IMG/VR virus record: IMGVR_UViG_3300035157_000272
Coordinates: 1 to 25,561 of that record
Length of the DNA stretch: 25,561 nt
Source of the DNA: a virus
Lineage: Duplodnaviria; Caudoviricetes
Strand: one strand, 5' to 3'
Positions 1 through 6,434 of the stretch are shown here, piece by piece; position 1 is the first letter of the stretch, and each line of letters starts with the position of its first letter. A model generated the notes under the pieces. That model did no database searches and was not told the origin of the DNA. It was given only the letters and a program-made list of their open reading frames with translations. The translations under genes and the position numbers were made by a program.

Positions 1-71
1 TTGGTAAACGTGTCAGTCTGTTTAACTGATGTTCCTGGCGGGACTTGAAGGTTCGACTCCTTCCCTCACAG
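1..71 (+). tRNA. tRNA with GTT (Asn) anticodon and long variable arm, 5' end truncated by window edge
   Basis: D-loop TTGGTAAAC; anticodon stem TCAGT/ACTGA (13-17/25-29), loop CTGTTTA; variable arm GTTCC-TGGC-GGGAC; T-arm GAAGG-TTCGACT-CCTTC; 3' acceptor strand CCTCACA + G; no encoded CCA. Confidence 0.85.
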
Positions 72-121
72 TTTAAAAAATATATTTAGGTATAAATTAG
101 TAGGCATTTATTTTTGTAAAA

Positions 122-137
122 TGTATCAGGAATTACA
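122..137. promoter_or_regulatory. NtcA-binding site (TGTA-N8-TACA)
   Basis: TGTATCAGGAATTACA is an exact match to the cyanobacterial NtcA palindrome, intergenic. Confidence 0.65.
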
Positions 138-148
138 CACACAATTCG

Positions 149-156
149 TATAAATA
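149..156 (+). promoter_or_regulatory. T4-type late promoter TATAAATA
   Basis: exact gp55 consensus upstream of ORF 248. Confidence 0.75.
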
Positions 157-247
157 ATATCAGTCAGGGAAACCTACACACAAGAGGAACAACAAGATGC
201 ACTGAAACTTCTCTACATCATGAGTTAAGTTAACAAGGAGAACAAGT

Positions 248-415
248 ATGCATAACATCGTTTCGCAAAATAATATGGCATCATGGAGTCATAGTTACAG
301 CAACTACGCTGTCAGTCAAGATGACCAAAAATTAGATGACTATTATGAATGTCTAATAGAATGCGAGACTGATCAACCTAGTTGTAAACGAATCTGTAAA
401 GAGATTCTCATTTAA
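248..415 (+). CDS. 55-aa microprotein with CX3C-X6-CX3C motif (not in ORF track)
   Basis: MHNIVSQNNMASWSHSYSNYAVSQDDQKLDDYYECLIECETDQPSCKRICKEILI; SD AAGGAG; own promoter and terminator. Confidence 0.9.
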   Translation: MHNIVSQNNMASWSHSYSNYAVSQDDQKLDDYYECLIECETDQPSCKRICKEILI

Positions 416-432
416 GGAATAACAAAAGAAAT

Positions 433-457
433 AAAGGACTCTTCGGAGTCCTTTTTT
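433..457 (+). terminator. Rho-independent terminator with C(UUCG)G tetraloop
   Basis: AAAGGACTC-TTCG-GAGTCCTTT followed by T run. Confidence 0.92.
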
Positions 458-466
458 ATTGGGTGC

Positions 467-473
467 CTAAATA
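467..473 (+). promoter_or_regulatory. late promoter variant CTAAATA
   Basis: 22 nt upstream of structural gene g3, just after the terminator. Confidence 0.6.
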
Positions 474-495
474 TTAATGGAACAAGAATAGTCTA

Positions 496-1044
496 ATGGC
501 AAACTGGTACGAAGACCAATTAACGAATAGAAACTTTCTTTCTCCAATAGGATTTTTATTCATTTTGGATAAAGCACAAAAGGTTTCTTTCTTGTGTCAA
601 AAAGCAGAAATTCCTACTGTAGAATTAGGGCAAGTTGAGATTCCAACTAGGGGTTTAGTTCCTATTCCAGTTGAAGGAAACATGCGTTATAGTGAATTTT
701 CTATGGAGTTTATTGTTGATGAAGATTTAAGAAATTATATGCAGATCCATAACTGGATGCGAGCATTGGGAACTCCTCAAGAGTTTAAAGAAAGAAGAGT
801 TTGGATAGACAAGTATGCTGATAGTCCTTCAGAAGATCCTAGATTTTCAGATGCTACACTACAAGTATTAAACAATAATAACATTGCAAATTTTGATGTT
901 GTATTTAAGGATATGTTTCCTGTGAGTTTATCATCATTACCATTCGATGTTACTGGTGGTGATAATGATTACTTTACTGCAACAACAACATTTAGATATA
1001 CACTCTACGAAATCAGAAATACAAACTCACAAACAAGAAGATAA
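496..1044 (+). CDS. g3: T4 gp3-like tail tube terminator / tail completion protein
   Basis: NRNFLSPIGF, F-IVDEDL-NY--I-NW, FKDMFPVSLS, ATTTFRY; position before uvsY. Confidence 0.85.
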   Translation: MANWYEDQLTNRNFLSPIGFLFILDKAQKVSFLCQKAEIPTVELGQVEIPTRGLVPIPVEGNMRYSEFSMEFIVDEDLRNYMQIHNWMRALGTPQEFKERRVWIDKYADSPSEDPRFSDATLQVLNNNNIANFDVVFKDMFPVSLSSLPFDVTGGDNDYFTATTTFRYTLYEIRNTNSQTRR

Positions 1045-1065
1045 ACTATTGATTTTTTCTATATT

Positions 1066-1494
1066 ATGAACTTAGAAACATTGCAAGACATGTGGAAGTC
1101 TGATTCTAAATTAGATGAGGATTTACATGATAATGATTCCTTGGCAATTCCTCAACTTCATATGAAGTATATGGAGTTTCATAATAAGTATTCTCTTATG
1201 AAAAAAGAAAGAGATATTGAAATGAAACGTCTTATCAGAGAGAAGTGGTTATACTACAAAGGTAAAGCACCATCTTCTGTCTATAAGGAGATGCCATTTG
1301 ATCTCAAACTTACTACTAAAGAAGAGATCTCGATGTTCATTGAAGCAGATGAAGACATCGGAAAACTCAAGTACAAGATTGAATACATAGACCAAGTGAT
1401 CTTCTTTTTAGATAGTGTTTTGCGTATGATTAATAATCGTACCTATCATATTAAAAACGCTATTGAATGGAAGAAATTTCAAAGTGGTTTTTAG
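1066..1494 (+). CDS. uvsY: UvsY recombination mediator
   Basis: IPQLHMKY, WLYYKGK, C-terminal IKNAIEWKKFQSG; synteny. Confidence 0.9.
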   Translation: MNLETLQDMWKSDSKLDEDLHDNDSLAIPQLHMKYMEFHNKYSLMKKERDIEMKRLIREKWLYYKGKAPSSVYKEMPFDLKLTTKEEISMFIEADEDIGKLKYKIEYIDQVIFFLDSVLRMINNRTYHIKNAIEWKKFQSGF

Positions 1495-1496
1495 TA

Positions 1497-2042
1497 ATGA
1501 ATTATGGACTTTTTTACAAGGAAGTATCCTTTAACACTCATTCAATTAATATAGTAAGAAAAGCAATATCACAAGATTTAAAATTTACTAAAGGAGAATT
1601 ACACAGCAGTCAAAGATCAACTAGAAGTTCTGAAGTAGCGTGGGTAAGAGATATGGATCTATTGTCTATGCTTATGCGTATGTCTAAACAGATTAATAGA
1701 TCTGCTAATTGGAACTTGAATCTTGCAGGTATAGAACCTGTACAATTTGGTATCTATGGGGAGGGAGATTTTTATGACTGGCATGTGGATCAACATCCAA
1801 AACCTGTCAGGGGAATGATTAGAAAGATTAGTATGTCTCTTTTCCTTAATGATGACTATGAAGGAGGGGAGTTTGATTTGGAGATATATAGACCAGATGC
1901 AGACCCAAGGTATAAAACTTTTAAGTTAAAACCTTGGTCTGCTATTTTTTTCCAAGGTGATCAATGGCATAGGGTAAGACCTATCACATCTGGAGTTAGA
2001 AAATCAATTGTAGCATGGTTTTATGGACCTCCTTATTCGTAA
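1497..2042 (+). CDS. 2OG-Fe(II) oxygenase (PKHD / prolyl-hydroxylase type)
   Basis: YDWHVD, RKISMSLFLNDDYEGGEF, WHRVRPITSGVRKSIVAW; start moved to ATG 1497 just after the uvsY stop. Confidence 0.9.
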   Translation: MNYGLFYKEVSFNTHSINIVRKAISQDLKFTKGELHSSQRSTRSSEVAWVRDMDLLSMLMRMSKQINRSANWNLNLAGIEPVQFGIYGEGDFYDWHVDQHPKPVRGMIRKISMSLFLNDDYEGGEFDLEIYRPDADPRYKTFKLKPWSAIFFQGDQWHRVRPITSGVRKSIVAWFYGPPYS

Positions 2043-3498
2043 GAAGAATGAAGTTTATTTAAAAGTTGAAGCGGAGCCTCATCTCCATAAGGAGGCAGCA
2101 GAATTTTTTACCTTTGAAATCCCCTCTGCAAAATACATGCAAAGAACGAGGAGATACAAAGGTTGGGACGGTAAGGTACGGTTATACTCACCTGCTACTG
2201 GAGAGATTTATTGCGGTTTAGTAGATTATCTAACTGACTGGGCAAAGGAAAGGGGATATCATTATCAGTTCGAGGAATCTCAATACTTTGGGCATCCCAA
2301 GGATCAGAATGATCTAATAACTCCTGAGTCTGTAGTTGGATTTGTTCAAGCACTGGGTCTTCCTTCTGGATTGAAGGTTCGGGACTACCAATACGCAGCA
2401 ATATACGAGTGCCTACGATACAACAGAGCACTCCTATTGTCGCCAACTGCAAGCGGGAAAAGCCTAATGATTTATTCATTGGTTCGGTTTCATGTAAATG
2501 TTAAACGGAAAATTTTAATCGTTGTTCCTACCACCTCTTTGGTGGAGCAGATGTATAAAGACTTTGAAGAATATGGTTGGATGGCATCCAAACACTGCCA
2601 CAAAATATACTCTGGGGAGGAAAAAAATTCTGAAGCTGATTGCGTAATTACCACTTGGCAATCTGTTTATAAGCAACCTCGTAAGTGGTTTTCTAGGTTT
2701 GACGTAGTGATCGGTGACGAGGCTCACCTTTTCAAAGCCAAATCTCTTACTACGATTATGCATAAGTTGCATGGTTGTAAATATCGCTATGGATTTACTG
2801 GCACATTAGATGGTGCAAATGTTAATCAACTAGTGTTAGAAGGTGTATTTGGTAGGTGTTCCAAAGTTACTAAGACACACGAGCTAATGAAACAAGGACA
2901 TGTTGCTAAGTTAAAAGTTAAAGTAATTGTTCTTAAACATAAGGAAAAAATATTTGAAGGGTATCAAGATGAGATGTTTTATCTCATTGAGCATGAACCT
3001 AGGAATAAATTTATCCGCAATTTAGCGTGTGATCTTAAAGGTAATACACTAATCCTCTTTAACTATGTAGAGAAGCACGGAATCCCTTTATATGAAATGA
3101 TAAATAGTTACACTGACAGACCAGTGCATTTAGTTTATGGAGGCGTTGATACTGATGATCGTGAAGAAATTAGGAGACTAGTTGAACATGAAGACAACAG
3201 TATTATTGTCGCTAGCTACGGCACTTTCAGCACTGGTATTAATATCAAGCGGTTGCACAACTTGGTCTTCGCTAGTCCATCGAAATCTAGAGTGCGTAAC
3301 CTCCAGTCTATCGGGAGGGTACTTCGACAGTCTAAGGATAAGGTGAAGGCAACTTTATATGATATTGCTGATGATATTTCTACAGATAAGGGTAATAACT
3401 ACACTCTTAATCATCTGATGGAAAGACTCAAAATCTATAATGAAGAACAATTTAATTATGAAATCATAGAAGTAAAAGTAAAATCACATGACACTTAA
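2023..3498 (+). CDS. uvsW: UvsW SF2 DNA helicase
   Basis: RDYQ, SPTASGKS, DEAH, TGT, QSIGRVLR motifs. Confidence 0.95.
   Translation: MDLLIRKKNEVYLKVEAEPHLHKEAAEFFTFEIPSAKYMQRTRRYKGWDGKVRLYSPATGEIYCGLVDYLTDWAKERGYHYQFEESQYFGHPKDQNDLITPESVVGFVQALGLPSGLKVRDYQYAAIYECLRYNRALLLSPTASGKSLMIYSLVRFHVNVKRKILIVVPTTSLVEQMYKDFEEYGWMASKHCHKIYSGEEKNSEADCVITTWQSVYKQPRKWFSRFDVVIGDEAHLFKAKSLTTIMHKLHGCKYRYGFTGTLDGANVNQLVLEGVFGRCSKVTKTHELMKQGHVAKLKVKVIVLKHKEKIFEGYQDEMFYLIEHEPRNKFIRNLACDLKGNTLILFNYVEKHGIPLYEMINSYTDRPVHLVYGGVDTDDREEIRRLVEHEDNSIIVASYGTFSTGINIKRLHNLVFASPSKSRVRNLQSIGRVLRQSKDKVKATLYDIADDISTDKGNNYTLNHLMERLKIYNEEQFNYEIIEVKVKSHDT
2195..2479 (-). CDS. putative antisense-nested single-TM protein (94 aa) inside uvsW
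   Basis: N-terminal hydrophobic segment LATIGVLCCIVGTRILL then acidic/Pro tail; rare codons (CGG, GGG, TCG, CCC) in the overlapped uvsW stretch. Confidence 0.35.
   Translation of the reverse strand: MNKSLGFSRLQLATIGVLCCIVGTRILLRIGSPEPSIQKEDPVLEQIQLQTQELLDHSDPWDAQSIEIPRTDNDIPFPLPSQLDNLLNRNKSLQ
3099..3106 (+). promoter_or_regulatory. internal late promoter GATAAATA within uvsW
   Basis: NATAAATA consensus about 80 nt upstream of nested ORF 3188. Confidence 0.5.
3188..3346 (+). CDS. putative nested lipoprotein (52 aa), +1 frame of uvsW (not in ORF track)
   Basis: MKTTVLLSLATALSALVLISSG/CTTWSSLVHRNLECVTSSLSGGYFDSLRIR; SD AGGAG 3172-3176; upstream late promoter; local codon shift. Confidence 0.6.
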   Translation: MKTTVLLSLATALSALVLISSGCTTWSSLVHRNLECVTSSLSGGYFDSLRIR

Positions 3499-3937
3499 CT
3501 ACGCAAAACATGATGAAGAATTTTATGGACTTTTTAAGCTAGTTAGTGGAGAAGAGCTCATTGCTAAGGCAATAATTTCTAAACAAGAAGATCTTGAACC
3601 AGTTGAAGAATTGATCTTTTTAAGTAATCCTGTAACAGTTGAATTTTTTACTAAAGAGTTAGACGGAGGTAAAATTGCTAAAGGAATGGGGTTATCAAAT
3701 TGGATGCAAATGAGCGACGAGGATTTTTTTATTATTAAAGAGAAAGATCTTATATCATTAGCATCATTGTCCAAACAATATATTATCATGTATGAAGCAT
3801 ATTTGGCTGGTACTCCACCTGAACAATTATCACAAAAGCAAAGAATTAATCTAGAAAAAAGTATGGGTTATCTAGGATCTATTAATGAAGCTAGAATGTT
3901 ATTTGAAAAAATATATAATAACCCTTCCCAACCCTGA
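3488..3937 (+). CDS. conserved hypothetical protein upstream of g55 (possibly Sm-like fold)
   Basis: KLVSGEELIA N-terminal motif, MGYLGSI near C-terminus; coupled to uvsW. Confidence 0.8.
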   Translation: MTLNYAKHDEEFYGLFKLVSGEELIAKAIISKQEDLEPVEELIFLSNPVTVEFFTKELDGGKIAKGMGLSNWMQMSDEDFFIIKEKDLISLASLSKQYIIMYEAYLAGTPPEQLSQKQRINLEKSMGYLGSINEARMLFEKIYNNPSQP

Positions 3938-3945
3938 CAGTGTTG

Positions 3946-3974
3946 AGTCTACATCGAATGTCCATTGTTGTCAA
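3946..3974 (-). promoter_or_regulatory. antisense sigma70-type promoter TTGACA-N17-TAGACT
   Basis: minus strand -35 at 3974-3969 and -10 at 3951-3946. Confidence 0.55.
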
Positions 3975-3996
3975 GTCCCATTATATGTGTTATAAT
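3968..3996 (+). promoter_or_regulatory. sigma70-type promoter for g55, TTGTCA-N17-TATAAT
   Basis: -35 at 3968-3973, TG-extended -10 at 3991-3996. Confidence 0.75.
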
Positions 3997-4022
3997 ATTC
4001 ACATGCAGGTAAACCAATAGTT

Positions 4023-4496
4023 ATGAGAAAAAATGCTAAAACAAAAAAGCAACATTATGTGAACAATGCAGACTTTCTTGCTGCTCTTATTAAGTATAGA
4101 GAAGATGTAGAAATTGCAGAGAAGCAAGGTAAACCTAAACCTATAGTTAATAATTATATTGGGAGTTGTTTTTTAAAGATAGCAACACACTTATCTTACC
4201 GACCAAACTTTATCAATTACATGTATAAAGATGATATGGTTTGCGATGGTATAGAGAACTGTATACAGTATATTGATAATTTTGATCCTGCTAAAAGTAA
4301 AAACCCATTTGCATATTTTACTCAGATAGTGTATTATGCATTCCTACGTCGTATTGCTAAGGAGAAACGACAGATGGATATTAAGGAAAAGATTCTTGAG
4401 AAGTCAGGATACGATGAAGTGTTCTCGGTTGACGGAGATGGTGGAGCAGAGTATAATCAGATCAAAGCACGTATTGCAATCAATACTAAGAGATGA
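4023..4496 (+). CDS. g55: gp55 late-transcription sigma factor
   Basis: HYVNN, RPNFINY, DGIENC, NPFAYFTQI, AFLRRI. Confidence 0.95.
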   Translation: MRKNAKTKKQHYVNNADFLAALIKYREDVEIAEKQGKPKPIVNNYIGSCFLKIATHLSYRPNFINYMYKDDMVCDGIENCIQYIDNFDPAKSKNPFAYFTQIVYYAFLRRIAKEKRQMDIKEKILEKSGYDEVFSVDGDGGAEYNQIKARIAINTKR

Positions 4497-5155
4497 TTCC
4501 AACAATCATATATGATGATTTTTTTGAATATCCTGATCAGATAGTAGAGTATGCAAATACTCTAGACTATGACTTTGGACAATCAAATTATCCAGGTACA
4601 AGATCTAAATTGTTGTCTGAAATTAATCCAGATCTTTATTTTGCAGTATGTAGTAAACTTTTAAAAATATTTTATCCAACAATAGATCCTGAATCTATAA
4701 TTGAAGCAGAGATATCATTTCAAAAAATTAAACCATTACATACAGAAAAATATCATAATAAGAATAGGGGTTGGATCCACAGAGATACGGATGCAGAATT
4801 TGGTGGGATTGTTTATCTTAATAAAAATCCTGAACCAGATACAGGTACTTCAGTATATGAGTCTATAGATATTAACAATTTATATTATAATAAGTATCAA
4901 GATAGTATTAAAGAAAGATTTTATAGGGGTGAAGATATATCTGATGAAGAATATAATACAGGTTTTATTTCAACAGAAGATCGTTGGAAAGAAACTATTA
5001 AAGTAGATAACAAATATAATAGAATGTTTATGTTTCCAAATACCAAATGGCATGGGGTTAAAACTTATGGATCTGGTGAGAATGAAAGATTGACTTTGGT
5101 ATTTTTTATTACTATGTGTAATATTAAAAATGTATACAAACCTGTAAATAGATAA
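4493..5155 (+). CDS. 2OG-Fe(II) oxygenase-like protein (DUF6445-like)
   Basis: YPGTRS, GWIHRD, GIVYLN, GTSVY, NKYNR, WHG, RLTLVFF; very AT-rich insert between g55 and g47. Confidence 0.75.
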   Translation: MIPTIIYDDFFEYPDQIVEYANTLDYDFGQSNYPGTRSKLLSEINPDLYFAVCSKLLKIFYPTIDPESIIEAEISFQKIKPLHTEKYHNKNRGWIHRDTDAEFGGIVYLNKNPEPDTGTSVYESIDINNLYYNKYQDSIKERFYRGEDISDEEYNTGFISTEDRWKETIKVDNKYNRMFMFPNTKWHGVKTYGSGENERLTLVFFITMCNIKNVYKPVNR

Positions 5156-6186
5156 TGAAAGTTCTTTTAATTACTGACCAACACTTTGGTGTTAGGAATG
5201 ACAATCAACATTTCATTAATCACTATAGAAAATACTATAGTAAGGTTGTTATACCTTTTATTAAAGCATATGGTATCACAGAAATAATAGATCTTGGTGA
5301 TACATTTGACAAACGTAAATCAGTTAACTTTATGTCTTTAGAGGCAGCGAAGGAAATGTGGTTTGATCCTATTAAAGACATAGGATGTAAGATGACTGCT
5401 TTGGTTGGTAATCATGATATCTATTATAAGAATACATTGAGAATCAATGCACCAAATGAACTACTAGGAGATTATGATATAGATGTCATTGATGAACCTA
5501 CTACCCGTAACTATGACGGTACTGACATATTATTTCTGCCTTGGATATGTGATGAGAACAGAGATGATACCTTCAGAAGCATCACGAAAAGTACTGCTCC
5601 TGTCTGTATGGGCCATCTCGAGCTTAACGGTTTTGAAGCTCATCCAGGTCATGTCATGAACATGGGTATGGATATTAATCCTTTTGATAAATTTCAAAGA
5701 GTCTTTAGTGGACACTATCATATGAAATCTACTAAAGGTAATATCTCATATCTAGGAAATCCATATCAACTATATTGGAATGACTATGGATGTAAACGTG
5801 GATTCCATGTGTTTGATACAGAAACTTTAAAGACTACTTTTTATAGAAATCCATATAATATGTTCTATAAACTGTATTACGATAATGGTGTTAGAAATGA
5901 AATTCATCCTTCTGACTTAGAAGGTACTTTTGTAAAATTAATTGTAGAAGATAAGGGTGATCAAACAAAATTTGATTATGCTGTAAGACAATTGCAAAGT
6001 TGGGGTCTTGCAGATTTAAAAATTATTGAGGATCTTTCTGTTGAGATGGAAGACTCACTTGTGCTGGAAACCGAAGATACCATCACGCTTTTAGATAAAT
6101 ATATAGATGAGATAGATCTCCCAGTTGACTCTGAAAATGTTAAGAGTATAATGAGATCACTCTATGTTGAGGCATGTGAACTATAA
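5155..6186 (+). CDS. g47: gp47 recombination nuclease (Mre11/SbcD-like)
   Basis: TDQHFG, LGDTFD, GNHD, GHLE, SGHYH metallophosphoesterase motifs. Confidence 0.95.
   Translation: MKVLLITDQHFGVRNDNQHFINHYRKYYSKVVIPFIKAYGITEIIDLGDTFDKRKSVNFMSLEAAKEMWFDPIKDIGCKMTALVGNHDIYYKNTLRINAPNELLGDYDIDVIDEPTTRNYDGTDILFLPWICDENRDDTFRSITKSTAPVCMGHLELNGFEAHPGHVMNMGMDINPFDKFQRVFSGHYHMKSTKGNISYLGNPYQLYWNDYGCKRGFHVFDTETLKTTFYRNPYNMFYKLYYDNGVRNEIHPSDLEGTFVKLIVEDKGDQTKFDYAVRQLQSWGLADLKIIEDLSVEMEDSLVLETEDTITLLDKYIDEIDLPVDSENVKSIMRSLYVEACEL
5483..5659 (+). CDS. putative nested 2-TM membrane protein (58 aa), +1 frame of g47 (not in ORF track)
   Basis: MSLMNLLPVTMTVLTYYFCLGYVMRTEMIPSEASRKVLLLSVWAISSLTVLKLIQVMS; AGGAG at 5466-5470; local codon shift. 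Confidence 0.45.
   Translation: MSLMNLLPVTMTVLTYYFCLGYVMRTEMIPSEASRKVLLLSVWAISSLTVLKLIQVMS
6094..6101 (+). promoter_or_regulatory. possible late promoter GATAAATA
   Basis: consensus match about 85 nt upstream of ORF 6186. Confidence 0.4.
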
Positions 6187-6434
6187 TGTATATTCTTACA
6201 GATAAAAATACAGGTGGTGTATATGCAGTGTATAATAAAGATAAGATAAAAACTGTACAGATTTTTGAAATTCAAGATGATGCTGAAAGATATACAATGT
6301 TATTAGAAGCTCAAGGATCTAAAAAGTTAGATGTTTTAAAAGTTAATCTAGATGATGTAGCTTTGAATTGTGGGAATTATGGATATTTTTATAATGTAAT
6401 TACTAGCGATGATTTTGTCGTACCTCCTACATGA
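6186..6434 (+). CDS. conserved hypothetical protein between g47 and g46
   Basis: overlapping stop/start at both ends; FE-QDDAERY---LEA motif. Confidence 0.8.
   Translation: MYILTDKNTGGVYAVYNKDKIKTVQIFEIQDDAERYTMLLEAQGSKKLDVLKVNLDDVALNCGNYGYFYNVITSDDFVVPPT

Noticed and set aside
248-415. CP12 call for the Cys-rich microprotein
   Set aside because: Lacks the AWD-VEE core and the CP12 C-terminal C-X8-C pattern; Cys spacing differs
1225-1410. C-ending codon patch in uvsY
   Set aside because: The +1 frame is open but has no suitably placed ATG or SD; short
2515-2772. Antisense ORF in uvsW, and similar short antisense ORFs at 3523, 5530, 9184, 10456, 13754, 14957 and 17990
   Set aside because: Shadow frames of strong genes with no RBS, motif or supporting signal
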